Virus record (IMG/VR): IMGVR_UViG_3300032237_001108
Coordinates: 1 to 55,591 of that record
Length of the DNA stretch: 55,591 nucleotides
Reading direction: 5' to 3' (one strand)
From: a virus
Shown piece by piece: positions 38,386 through 46,887 of this stretch; positions within the stretch are counted from its first letter, which is position 1, and each line of letters opens with the position of its first letter. The notes beneath the pieces are model-generated. The model was not told where the DNA came from. It saw only the letters and a program-made list of their open reading frames with translations, and did not search any database. The position numbers and the translations under genes were made by a program.

Positions 38386-38616
38386 ATGACCCTCACCTTT
38401 CCGGCCGCGCCGCCCCAGCCGCGAGCGATGGCCCTTGATCTCTTTGACGAACTGGATCAGATCAGCAGCCAGGCCGAGGCTGTGGCCACAGAGCTCCGCC
38501 GCCTGGGGCTGAGCCCCGCGATCCTGGAGCAACTGCAGCCGGGCGCAGGGGCCACGGCGCAGAAAATCACGTGCCGGCTTGAAACCGCCGCCGAGGCCGC
38601 TCGGGGGCTGGGATGA
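38386..38616 (+). CDS. Hypothetical 76-aa protein
   Basis: Start moved to the internal ATG 38386 (MTLTFPAAPPQ...) because motif II sits just upstream. Confidence 0.45.
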   Translation: MTLTFPAAPPQPRAMALDLFDELDQISSQAEAVATELRRLGLSPAILEQLQPGAGATAQKITCRLETAAEAARGLG

Positions 38617-38744
38617 GCGATTTGATCCACTACGACGAGGACGACGAGCTCCCGCCCCGCCGCTGGCCCTGGGATGACCTGGACGACGAACACGAACAGG
38701 CCCCGACCGCTGCCGAACAAAACCCATCAATGCTGCTGCCATGA
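38613..38744 (+). CDS. Hypothetical acidic 43-aa protein
   Basis: MSDLIHYDEDDELPPRRWPWDDLDDEHEQAPTAAEQNPSMLLP. ATGA overlaps at both ends. Confidence 0.4.
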   Translation: MSDLIHYDEDDELPPRRWPWDDLDDEHEQAPTAAEQNPSMLLP

Positions 38745-39880
38745 CCGCCACCATCACCGCCCCTGTCCTGACTTCCAACGGCGCCCCGATCGGGGAAGCC
38801 CTGCTGAGCCCTGAAGCGGCCTGGGAGGAGGTCTGGGGGCTCACCCTGAACGGCGCCCCTCAGGTGTTCTCCGGCCTGCCCCGTGAGGCCTACGACCAGC
38901 TCCCCGGCTGGAATGCCTCCCTGCTGAAAGTCGTCCTGTCCAAGAGCCCGGCCCATGCCTGGAGCGAGTTCATCAACCCCGATCGGGAACAACAGGAGGA
39001 TGCGGGGCAGTTTTTGATCGGCAATTTGTTTCATTGCCGCCTGCTGGAGCCCGAGCTGTTTGATCAGCGCTATTTGGTGCTGCCGCCCGATGCGCCGAAG
39101 CGGCCCACCGTGAAGCAGTTGGAGCCCCTCAAGCCCCGCAAAGACGGCACGATCAACACCGAAACGGCCACCTATGCCAACTGGCAGGACGCCATGGCGC
39201 GGGAAGCCTGGTGGAAGGCCTTTGAGGCAAAGCACCCCGGCGCCGGCACTGCCCAGAACGTCAGCGCCAAGGACTTGGCCCTCGGCGACGCCTTGGCGTA
39301 CGCCGTGCTCGCTCACCCGGTCCTAGGGCCCCGTTTTGATGACGTGCTTCAGAACCGCGTTGGCAATGAACTGACCCTGACGTGGGTTGATCCACTTACA
39401 GGGAGTCGCTGCAAGGCCCGCCTTGATGCAGTGCGGTTCCTGGGGGATCGCCTCTGGATTGGCGACTTGAAGTCCGCCATGGATGCAGGCCCCGGCCCCG
39501 ACCACTTCGGCCGCGCTGCTGCCAACTTTGATTATTGCCTCTCGGCGGCCTGGTATCGCGATGCGGCGCAGTTCTGCCGGGCGGAGATCGAGGCCCTGCT
39601 GGGGCTGCCCGAGGGGGCGCTGATCGTGGCGCCCAACGGCTACGAGTTTGAGTTCATCGCCGTGGAAAAGGCCCACCCGCGGCCCGAGTTCGTCGGCCGC
39701 TACCTCCTCTCCGATGAACAGGCCGAACTGGGGCGCCGCATGGCCCGCCGGGCACTGGAGACGGTGGTGCAGGCTGAGGCCTCCGGCTGGTGGCCCGGCT
39801 ACGACTCGGCCGCCACGGTCCTGGATCTCCCCGGCTACGCCTACCAGCGCATGGAGCGGCTGGCGGAGGTGGCGGCGTGA
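38741..39880 (+). CDS. PD-(D/E)XK exonuclease (RecE/YqaJ-class partner of RecT)
   Basis: CKARLDAVRFLGDRLWIGDLKSAMD gives D...(D/E)xK, and the downstream FDYCLSAAWYRDAAQF...EFEFIAVEK is typical of phage PDDEXK exonucleases. Confidence 0.7.
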   Translation: MTATITAPVLTSNGAPIGEALLSPEAAWEEVWGLTLNGAPQVFSGLPREAYDQLPGWNASLLKVVLSKSPAHAWSEFINPDREQQEDAGQFLIGNLFHCRLLEPELFDQRYLVLPPDAPKRPTVKQLEPLKPRKDGTINTETATYANWQDAMAREAWWKAFEAKHPGAGTAQNVSAKDLALGDALAYAVLAHPVLGPRFDDVLQNRVGNELTLTWVDPLTGSRCKARLDAVRFLGDRLWIGDLKSAMDAGPGPDHFGRAAANFDYCLSAAWYRDAAQFCRAEIEALLGLPEGALIVAPNGYEFEFIAVEKAHPRPEFVGRYLLSDEQAELGRRMARRALETVVQAEASGWWPGYDSAATVLDLPGYAYQRMERLAEVAA

Positions 39881-40287
39881 ACGTCCCCACTCTTCGCACC
39901 CTGGCCCGACTGCTGGCCCCGTGGCGCACAATCCGGCGGTTGGAGCGGGCCAATAAATGGCTCACCAATGCCCTTGCCAACCCGACGCTCACCGGGATGG
40001 CGATTCACGGCAACAGCGCAACCGTGGGTGGCGCCTGCCCTGGCGCCCAGTTGCTCGCCGGCATGTTTTTGGGGCTCCTGGAGGACAACCCCAAGGCCGT
40101 CAACTATTTGCAGCTCACCTTCGGCTCATCCAAGGGGCCAATCCTCGTCACGGTTCAGCGCCCCGGCGGCGCCTCTCCCCATGCCCTGCGGGCCCAGGCG
40201 GAACAGGAGCTCCGGAACCTGCGGGCCGAGTTGGCGCGGTTGCAGGGCGAGCGCACCGCCGAGCAGGAGGACGAACTCCATGGCTGA
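39877..40287 (+). CDS. Hypothetical protein (136 aa) with C-terminal coiled coil
   Basis: The GTG start overlaps the exonuclease stop (GTGA). Confidence 0.5.
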   Translation: MNVPTLRTLARLLAPWRTIRRLERANKWLTNALANPTLTGMAIHGNSATVGGACPGAQLLAGMFLGLLEDNPKAVNYLQLTFGSSKGPILVTVQRPGGASPHALRAQAEQELRNLRAELARLQGERTAEQEDELHG

Positions 40288-40373
40288 CCTCACGCTCCGC
40301 GAGGCGCTGCAGCGGATGCTGAACCGGCACGCTGCCGCCAAGGGGCTTGCCCCTATCCAACTGCCTGGGACTT

Positions 40374-41675
40374 CTACAGCCGATCCACAGCCACCATCTG
40401 TCCCCGTTGGCCCACTCGCATCTCCTGGAGCACGGCGCCGAACACGGCCCGCAGTTCTGCCGGCCCAGCCAGCCTGAACAGTTCGGGATCGCTCAGCCGC
40501 TCGCGGATCGCCTCCACGTCAGGGGTGACCCGCGGGCGGTTTGCCATGGCGGCGATCTCCGCCCGCAGCGCATCACAGGCCGGCGCAATGGCTGGGTTTC
40601 GCCTGGCCATCGCCTCCAGCGACTCCAAGTCGCGGCGCTTGGCGCTAATCGCTGGATCCTCCGCCTTAGGGGCTGCCACTGCTGCCGCCAGGCGATCGGC
40701 TGCCGCAATGCAAGCCTCAATCACCGCCGGCATGGCCCGATCTTCTCGGATGCCCGCCTTCTGCGAGCACAACCGATGACGGCAGCGCCACCAAGCCGTT
40801 TTTCCTGAGGTGTTGCGCCGCAGGGTGTGCCCGCAACTGGAGCACCGCAGTGATCCGGCGAGGGCATGTCGCACCTCCGTGGCGCGACCCAGGAAGCGAT
40901 TAGCGGGCCGCCGCAGGTATTGCGCCAGCTCCTGCCAGTCCTGCTCACCGATCAGCGCCGTGTGCTGGTTGTAGTGGATCTCCCCCCACCGCCGGCTCCA
41001 AGCCTTTCCGCTGCTCTGGTCCACCAGATGGCCAATGTGCCCTCGGATGACGGGATTGCAGAACCACGCCATCAGGCTGCTGGTTGCCGGGGTCCAACTG
41101 CACCAAGCCGGCAAGTCCTTTGACACCGCCGAAAAGCTGCCTAGCTCCTGCAGCAGCGCGAGCACCTTCAGCGCCTGAGGCCAGTGCTCAGGGTGCGGCT
41201 CCAGCCGGTGGTCTGCTCCGCCTCGGTAGCCGAACGGCTTGCGCCGGCGCAAATGGCGCCCTTGGGCACGGTACTGCTCGAACTGGCGCCGCAGCCTCAT
41301 GCTCAGCATTCGGCTCTCCACCTCGGCCATGGTCGTGAGGATGCGAGCCTGCATGAACCCCTGCGGGGAGGCCGATTCGATGATGCCGCCATCAATGGCC
41401 GTGACCTTCACGCCCTGGATTCCGCACAAGGCCAGCAGCTCATCGGCAAAGGCCGCATTTCGGCCCAGTCGATCAGCGCGGGTGATCACCAGCTCTTTCA
41501 CGCAACCGGCTTGCACCTTAAGAATCACCTCAGCCAGGCCGGGGCGGTCGTCAACGCGACCGCTCTCTAGCTCCTCCACGATCCGATCACAACCGGCCGC
41601 CTTGAGCCGTGCCACTTGCGCCGGCAGGCTGTCGGCCTGCTCCTCCTTGCTGACGCGGGCGTAACCAAGGCGCAT
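40374..41675 (-). CDS. int: Large serine recombinase (integrase)
   Basis: MRLGYARVSKEEQADSLPAQVARLKAAGCDRIVEELESGRVDDRPGLAEVI....LVITRADRLGRN is a resolvase-type catalytic domain. It is followed by a recombinase domain and a Cys-rich zinc-ribbon (CSSCGH...WWRCRHRLC). Start set to ATG 41675. Confidence 0.9.
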   Translation of the reverse strand: MRLGYARVSKEEQADSLPAQVARLKAAGCDRIVEELESGRVDDRPGLAEVILKVQAGCVKELVITRADRLGRNAAFADELLALCGIQGVKVTAIDGGIIESASPQGFMQARILTTMAEVESRMLSMRLRRQFEQYRAQGRHLRRRKPFGYRGGADHRLEPHPEHWPQALKVLALLQELGSFSAVSKDLPAWCSWTPATSSLMAWFCNPVIRGHIGHLVDQSSGKAWSRRWGEIHYNQHTALIGEQDWQELAQYLRRPANRFLGRATEVRHALAGSLRCSSCGHTLRRNTSGKTAWWRCRHRLCSQKAGIREDRAMPAVIEACIAAADRLAAAVAAPKAEDPAISAKRRDLESLEAMARRNPAIAPACDALRAEIAAMANRPRVTPDVEAIRERLSDPELFRLAGPAELRAVFGAVLQEMRVGQRGQMVAVDRL

Positions 41676-41696
41676 AGGCTGCGGTAGCAGTGGTTT

Positions 41697-41746
41697 GGAC
41701 CCTAGCGCTTTGCAGTCCTTCTCTTTCAATAGGGTCCGCAAAGCGC
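41697..41746. repeat. Interleaved complementary repeats immediately upstream of int
   Basis: GGACCCTA (41697-41704) and GCGCTTTGC (41705-41713), a 16-nt spacer, then TAGGGTCC (41730-41737) and GCAAAGCGC (41738-41746). The order is A B ... A' B'. Confidence 0.5.
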
Positions 41747-41770
41747 TGCCCAGATGCTGCAAGGGGCTTC

Positions 41771-41971
41771 CTAGGGCTGTCGCTCCTGCAGGGCCACACC
41801 TAGAGCCACATTTGCGGCACCGGTCCAGGTCGTGATGGCGGTTGCCAGGGGGGTTTCGCAGTTGCCGTGATTGCTCAGCAAGCAGACAACCCAGCCAGCG
41901 GTGCCCAGGCTTGCCGCAGCCAACAGGCAGAGGCCCGAGAACAGCAGGCAGCGGCCCAGGAAGCGGGTCAC
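41771..41971 (-). CDS. Small hydrophobic protein (66 aa)
   Basis: MTRFLGRCLLFSGLCLLAAASLGTAGWVVCLL. ATGA overlap with the upstream gene. Confidence 0.45.
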   Translation of the reverse strand: MTRFLGRCLLFSGLCLLAAASLGTAGWVVCLLSNHGNCETPLATAITTWTGAANVALGVALQERQP

Positions 41972-42225
41972 CTTGCCTCCAGCCGCGTCACCCGGCGATC
42001 AATTCCGGTGATTGCCCCTTCGGCTTTCTCCAGCCGATCCTCTGCCGCTAGCTGGCGGCTAAGGATCGCCTTTTGATTCTCAAGTACCAGATCAAGTTGG
42101 CGCGGCACCGTGACACCAATGTAGACAATCCCGGCCACCGCCAACAGGATTAGACCGCTGGCCACTTGTGGGGTTACCTCACTCCAGAACTGAGCCTTTT
42201 GCTGGTGCTGGTCGCCGTTGTCCAT
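41968..42225 (-). CDS. Single-pass membrane protein with coiled-coil tail (85 aa)
   Basis: The transmembrane segment VASGLILLAVAGIVYIGV is followed by LDLVLENQKAILSRQLAAEDRLEKAEGAITGIDRRVTRLEAR. Has its own motif I copy. Confidence 0.5.
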   Translation of the reverse strand: MDNGDQHQQKAQFWSEVTPQVASGLILLAVAGIVYIGVTVPRQLDLVLENQKAILSRQLAAEDRLEKAEGAITGIDRRVTRLEAR

Positions 42226-42245
42226 GTGCTGTATGGCTCTGCCTC

Positions 42246-42255
42246 AGTTTTCCCG
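42246..42255 (-). promoter_or_regulatory. Motif I copy 11 (CGGGAAAACT)
   Basis: Exact 10-mer, 20 nt upstream of ATG 42225. Confidence 0.6.
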
Positions 42256-42259
42256 ATCG

Positions 42260-43960
42260 TCAGTCAGACACCGCTGCTTGGATCTGCGCTCCAGTCGTAT
42301 CCACGGTCGCGCAGTTCTTCAGTCGATCCATCTCTGGGGTTAGTTCGGTGCGCACCTGGAGGGCGATGGCCTCTTTGGTAGGCGGCGTGGTGGGCGCGGT
42401 GTAACCGGAAGCCGCTAGGCGGGTGTCAATCTTGCCTCCGGTACGTTCTAGGTCAGAGCGAATGGCTGCAATCAGAGCTACCTGATCAACGTTTGTGTTT
42501 CCGATTGCGCCGACTATCGCGTTCAGCACCTGTTGACCATCGCTCTCGTTGAGGATGCTCTGCTCGACTGCTGTGGCGATGGCCTGTCGCTCGGTTGAGG
42601 TTAGGGAATAGCCCGTCTTGTCAGCAGCAGCCCATACCGCTGTGGCAATCGTGGTCGCCGAGGGTACGCTCGGGGCGTTAGTGAGGGTGTCCACGGTCCC
42701 GCCGGTAACGGTGCGGGCTACGGCAGACCAAACAGCGCTGGCTACATCAGCAGCGCTTGGGATCGTGGTTGTCAGGGTGCGGGCTATGTTGCCCCACACA
42801 GCCGCAGCCACCGTGGCGGCATTTGGTGGTGCCGTTGACAGGTTGTCAAGATAGCCAGCGCGGGTGATGGTCAGGCCCTGTGATGCCAGAGCGGTCTGGA
42901 CGTTTGCAACCGTGAGAATCGCCGTGCCGGTGGTGTTGTCTGTGGCCACACCAAGGGCAACGCTTGACGCCGAGGCGACGCTCAGCGTGCCGGTGAACTC
43001 GTTGCTGGGTCCATAGACCGTGTACTGGCGCACATTGGCGGTCACTGGGTAACCGCCGCTGGGCATGTTGTCTGCACTAAATAAATTTCGCTTGGTGCTT
43101 CCGTCACTTCTGGCCACTTCAAAGTATGTGGGAATCAGCGTCGGTGCCCAGCGCCAGGACTGCGCCTGGACCGGGTTGATATTGCCGCTGGCGCCCAGCA
43201 GGAATGGACCGGAAAGGCGAAGGATTGTAGTGGCACTGCCTGTGCCGATGGCGCCTGATGTGGTGCTGGATTGGCAGGTGCCGTTCACGGTGATAGTGTT
43301 GGCGCCGCCGTGGTCAAGCGCAAAGGTGCCACCACCAAACAGGCTTCCCGTAATTACGATATTTGCGCCAGTTCCTGTGCAAGCCAAGGCATTGCCTTGG
43401 TTTGCACTGCCCCCCGTTCCATTTCCGGTAATGTTTACAGTTGCTGCACTTGCAACAAGTATCCCCCTACTAGCTCCTGCGCCGCCGTTGAAATTCCCAG
43501 TGTGATTTAGGGTTCCGGTGCCAGTTGCGGTAATTGCACTGCAGGTAGTGGTTGAAGTCGATGCAGACGCTGTGCCGGTTGTGTTTAGCGTGCCACCGCC
43601 TGAGAACGTAAGCAAATTGCTAGAACTTGTTGTGCCTGTATGGCTCAAGTTTGACACCACGCTTGCTGACGATCCCGCGCCCAGGGATGGCGTTGTGATG
43701 CAGCTGGTAGTCGTCGCGCCTTGAACTACCCCGACTGTATTTGTGCAAGTCAAATTGCAGCCATTTAACAGGCTGAACGTACCGCCCACGGTGATGCTGG
43801 TGCCGCTGGCATTACTGATTGCCTGCACCGTGCGAGTGTCGCTGATTGTGACGGTAAAGGTGTTTGCGTAGGCCACGTCACCAGACCCCGGTACCACGCC
43901 GCCGAACCACGTTGAAGTGGCCTCGAAGGCGCCTGATTGTGTTGCGCGTATATCAGCCAT
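42260..43960 (-). CDS. Tail fibre / beta-helix receptor-binding protein
   Basis: 566 aa, Gly/Thr/Ser/Asn-rich with beta-helix-like repeats (TGTGTLNHTGNFNGGAGA, NITGNGTGGSANQGNALACTGTGANIVITG). The C-terminus has reiterated AVW....ART(L/V)T units typical of phage fibres. Confidence 0.7.
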   Translation of the reverse strand: MADIRATQSGAFEATSTWFGGVVPGSGDVAYANTFTVTISDTRTVQAISNASGTSITVGGTFSLLNGCNLTCTNTVGVVQGATTTSCITTPSLGAGSSASVVSNLSHTGTTSSSNLLTFSGGGTLNTTGTASASTSTTTCSAITATGTGTLNHTGNFNGGAGASRGILVASAATVNITGNGTGGSANQGNALACTGTGANIVITGSLFGGGTFALDHGGANTITVNGTCQSSTTSGAIGTGSATTILRLSGPFLLGASGNINPVQAQSWRWAPTLIPTYFEVARSDGSTKRNLFSADNMPSGGYPVTANVRQYTVYGPSNEFTGTLSVASASSVALGVATDNTTGTAILTVANVQTALASQGLTITRAGYLDNLSTAPPNAATVAAAVWGNIARTLTTTIPSAADVASAVWSAVARTVTGGTVDTLTNAPSVPSATTIATAVWAAADKTGYSLTSTERQAIATAVEQSILNESDGQQVLNAIVGAIGNTNVDQVALIAAIRSDLERTGGKIDTRLAASGYTAPTTPPTKEAIALQVRTELTPEMDRLKNCATVDTTGAQIQAAVSD

Positions 43961-43962
43961 GA

Positions 43963-44262
43963 TCAGCGCCCTCCATCGATGTACTCCTGTGCCGCTTGCT
44001 CCAAGGCCACCAGGAACCGCGCCAGCCGTGGATCGTCCTGAGCCTGTGCCATTGCGTCCCAGATGATCAGCGGCGGAATGGGTGGATCAACTGCACTAAA
44101 GATCTCCGGCCCATTCTCGCCATCTCGGTATGCCTTGAATGTGGCATTGATACTCAACACCATTCGCCCCTGCCATTCACGGGTGCTCAGCGATAGATCT
44201 GGTCCCAACAGGTCGTAGGTGACTCCGTTGACTTGTGGCGGCTGTGGGTTGCGGATGGCCAT
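43963..44262 (-). CDS. Hypothetical tail-associated protein (99 aa)
   Basis: ORF tightly packed against the fibre gene. Confidence 0.5.
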   Translation of the reverse strand: MAIRNPQPPQVNGVTYDLLGPDLSLSTREWQGRMVLSINATFKAYRDGENGPEIFSAVDPPIPPLIIWDAMAQAQDDPRLARFLVALEQAAQEYIDGGR

Positions 44263-44267
44263 GGCGA

Positions 44268-44558
44268 TCAGGAATAAGTGAGCGAAGCCCGGCTGGTCCA
44301 GGCGCCGGAGGCGGTTCTGGTGGTCATCAGCACGCCAGCAGCAGAGAAAATCGTGCGAGTGATTGCCCAGCCGGTGGAGGACTCGGCGGTGGCAGCCGGA
44401 GCCTTGCCGACGTAGATGGTGTTGGAGGTAGAGGTGGAATCGATGCGGACGGATTGGGAGGCGCCGCCACCAGAAGGCCCCGGCGGTCCAGGAATTGCGA
44501 CACGCACCACCGCCGGAGCGGCAGGAACGGTCAACCTGACAACAGCAGGGCAGGTCAT
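44268..44558 (-). CDS. Hypothetical fibre-associated protein (96 aa) with short collagen-like GPPGPSGG
   Basis: VAIPGPPGPSGGGASQS...TIYVGKA...WAITR. 4-nt overlap with the upstream gene. Confidence 0.5.
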   Translation of the reverse strand: MTCPAVVRLTVPAAPAVVRVAIPGPPGPSGGGASQSVRIDSTSTSNTIYVGKAPAATAESSTGWAITRTIFSAAGVLMTTRTASGAWTSRASLTYS

Positions 44559-44914
44559 GCGTCCCTCCTGCTGCTGCGCAGGGTCACCGTTACCGATCCG
44601 GTCGCTAGGAAGTTGTCATCAGCCTGGGTAGCGCCAGGCGACACCATGATGCAGTCATAGCGATAGGCTCCGCCCACCTTCAGGTTGTTGACGATCGCTT
44701 CGGGAAGAATCAGCCGGACCCTTCCCTGTGATGGCGTGGCTTCCACCGTCACGGGGTAAATCGTTCGGCCCTTCTCATCGCTGACCGTGGCATTGACATC
44801 CCAGTTCAGGAACTGCCAGGCCGTGGTTTGAGCGGTGTCGCTGAACAGCTCAAAAATCTTCAGGGCATCAAGCCCTTGCTCCATCTCCCAGGTTTCGTCT
44901 TCGACCCAGGCCAT
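44555..44914 (-). CDS. Hypothetical virion protein (119 aa)
   Basis: ORF with its own motif I copy. Confidence 0.5.
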   Translation of the reverse strand: MAWVEDETWEMEQGLDALKIFELFSDTAQTTAWQFLNWDVNATVSDEKGRTIYPVTVEATPSQGRVRLILPEAIVNNLKVGGAYRYDCIMVSPGATQADDNFLATGSVTVTLRSSRRDA

Positions 44915-44923
44915 GGCTCAGCC

Positions 44924-45160
44924 TCACTGCTGCAGTTTTCCCGGCTCGGGCTCGTAGGCCTCGTTCACCGCGGGAGTGCTCAGGTCGTCAGCCTGGAAGG
45001 TGCCGCGATTGGTGCGTGCTCGGCGCCGGGGCCTGGCTTGGGACTCCTCTGTTGTCACATCAGGCGCAGCCTCCTCGGGCTCCCGCTCGCCGCTGATCAG
45101 GGCTTGCTGCTGCTCGTGGGTCATGCCCGCGGAGAAGCTGAAAAGAGCAATGTGTGCCAT
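44924..45160 (-). CDS. Hypothetical 78-aa protein
   Basis: Start at the internal ATG 45160 (MAHIALFSFSAGMTHEQQQ...), with GGAG 10 nt upstream. The track ORF start at 45325 would overlap the gene at 45219..45701. Confidence 0.4.
   Translation of the reverse strand: MAHIALFSFSAGMTHEQQQALISGEREPEEAAPDVTTEESQARPRRRARTNRGTFQADDLSTPAVNEAYEPEPGKLQQ
44934..44943 (-). promoter_or_regulatory. Motif I copy 12 (CGGGAAAACT)
   Basis: Exact 10-mer, 19 nt upstream of ATG 44914. It overlaps the last codons (PGKLQQ*) of the 78-aa ORF. Confidence 0.6.
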
Positions 45161-45218
45161 GAAGGGGCTCCAATGGGAAAGGGGAGGCCGGAGCCTCCCC
45201 CAGGACACAGCAGGGAGA

Positions 45219-45701
45219 TCAGCCGCGTTGAATGTGGATTGTGGCGCCGGTGGCGTTGGCAGGGGCTGCCAGGCCGTTGCTGCCGGTGCCGGCAACAAGG
45301 CGCAGGGCGACGACGCGAGTATCACCCGAGATAGCGGGCGAGGCGCCGGCCTTTACCAGGGCCTCAACCTGAGGGCCGGAGAAGCCGACCTCAGTTTGAT
45401 CGGTGCCGCTGAACACGATGCTGCCGATCCGCACGTAGCCGGTCGGGTTGGCATCGCCGACCACACCACCGGCCGCCACATGGGCCACCTCGATGTAGTA
45501 ACCCCCGGCGGCAGTGCTGAGGGCGCCAACCGCTGCGACCTTGAAGAAGTCGCAGGTGTTGAGCTTGAACGGCAGGAGCCGGGCGGCTCCGGTGCGGGAC
45601 TCGGCCGCGACCCCCTCGCCAGCGCGCACGGCGCCGAGGAGGACGGAATCACGATCAATGAAATACGCCTTGCGGGCTGCAAGGCCAGTTGCCTTAGGCA
45701 T
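45219..45701 (-). CDS. Hypothetical head-associated protein (160 aa)
   Basis: Immediately downstream of the capsid gene. No family recognised. Confidence 0.55.
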   Translation of the reverse strand: MPKATGLAARKAYFIDRDSVLLGAVRAGEGVAAESRTGAARLLPFKLNTCDFFKVAAVGALSTAAGGYYIEVAHVAAGGVVGDANPTGYVRIGSIVFSGTDQTEVGFSGPQVEALVKAGASPAISGDTRVVALRLVAGTGSNGLAAPANATGATIHIQRG

Positions 45702-45737
45702 GGTTCAAAAGGGGAATGAAGGGCAGGAGTGAACTAA

Positions 45738-46706
45738 TCAGGCAGTAATCGCGGCGTTGGTGATGTTGTAAAGGCGAGCGGCGGCGCGTTTGTTCTCAAT
45801 CACCATGGCGGCGTGCCAAGAAATCCGGGTAATCCGGGTTGGGGTGGTGGTGCTCTCGCCCACGTCGTAGATCGTCAGGCCGGGCTGAACGGTGCCATCA
45901 GCGGTCAGGGACGGGCCCTGAACACCGGACACAAGGCCTTCGCCCATCGACACGCAATAAACGCTCGTCGTGTTGGAGCTGGAGCCCTCATCAAAGCCCT
46001 GGATTGCGACGTTCTTAGCGTCCACGTCGGTGCGGATGATCTCCACGTCGCCGTAAAACATGACCGAACGGCCGAGCTCGTTGAGCTTGAAATCAACGGT
46101 GCCCGAAACGCCAACGGCGCGGGAGGCAGCATTGAAACGCAGGGCCATCTTTTTGCCCATTACCAACCGCTTCATGCTGTTGGGGCCGTCCACGGCATCG
46201 ATCAGGTCGTCCAGGGCGGCAAAGCTCAAGCCAGCGCCAGAGGCGTGGTTGGCGATGGCCTGGGACGATCCAACGTTGATCTTCTTGCGAAGGCCATCCA
46301 TCTGTCGGCCGTTGGACTGGCTGGAATCGCCCCGGACGAAATCACGCTCAATCGTCATGCGCAGAGCGCGAGCCGAGGCTTCAATCTGGCGAGCGTGAGC
46401 GTTGGCGCCAAACAGGGCGATCTTGCTGCTGTCCGTCTTGATGTCCTTGCCGTAAATCTTGAGGACTTCGGCTTCGGTGACGGTGCTGCCTTGGGTGTCG
46501 TCGTTGGCCTCGTCAAAGAGGCGAGGCTGCGAATCAGGCAGCTCGTCATCCATGGCGTAGACATAGGCGCCGCCTTGGGTATCAACCCAGGGGATCACCG
46601 GGGCCAGTTCGCCGGTGTTAAGGATGGCGCGAACGCCCAGCTCCAAGCCGGAGGCGTTGGCTTGAGAGCGGAGCGCGAATTGCTCCCAAAGGGTGGTAGA
46701 TGCCAC
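45738..46706 (-). CDS. Major capsid protein (HK97-fold type)
   Basis: 322 aa following a scaffold-like gene. ..GLSFAALDDLIDAVDGPNSMKRLVMGKKMALRF... and the C-terminal ISWHAAMVIENKRAAARLYNI resemble phage major capsid proteins. GTG start. Confidence 0.7.
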   Translation of the reverse strand: MASTTLWEQFALRSQANASGLELGVRAILNTGELAPVIPWVDTQGGAYVYAMDDELPDSQPRLFDEANDDTQGSTVTEAEVLKIYGKDIKTDSSKIALFGANAHARQIEASARALRMTIERDFVRGDSSQSNGRQMDGLRKKINVGSSQAIANHASGAGLSFAALDDLIDAVDGPNSMKRLVMGKKMALRFNAASRAVGVSGTVDFKLNELGRSVMFYGDVEIIRTDVDAKNVAIQGFDEGSSSNTTSVYCVSMGEGLVSGVQGPSLTADGTVQPGLTIYDVGESTTTPTRITRISWHAAMVIENKRAAARLYNITNAAITA

Positions 46707-46873
46707 GGGTCAAAAATGCGGAGGGGGTGAATGGTGGTCTCAATCCAGACAGGGGCGGAGCATCGGCCGGGCATCGCGCCTTGCGTCTGCGGTTGTCCTT
46801 GCTGGTGGTGGTCAGTGCCCTGGCATCGCGCCCGGTGCGGGTGACCCGCAGCATCGCGCTCTGGGTCACCCGG
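46707..46873 (-). promoter_or_regulatory. 167-nt structured leader between motif I copy 13 and the capsid start
   Basis: A perfect 9-bp hairpin, GGGTGACCC (46871-46863) with GGGTCACCC (46847-46839), encloses a 15-nt loop. GCGCGATGC occurs three times (complements at 46851-46859, 46823-46831, 46771-46779). Confidence 0.5.
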
Positions 46874-46883
46874 AGTTTTCCCG
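46874..46883 (-). promoter_or_regulatory. Motif I copy 13 (CGGGAAAACT)
   Basis: Exact 10-mer, 4 nt after the scaffold stop and 167 nt upstream of the capsid GTG at 46706. Confidence 0.6.
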
Positions 46884-46887
46884 GTCG

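Noticed and set aside
40280-40477. Small plus-strand ORF (MADLTLREALQRMLNRH...) after 39877..40287, considered as an excisionase/RDF candidate
   Set aside because: Its 3' half overlaps the convergent integrase coding region by about 100 nt and turns low-complexity. No HTH or known RDF features are seen, and I cannot support it from sequence alone.
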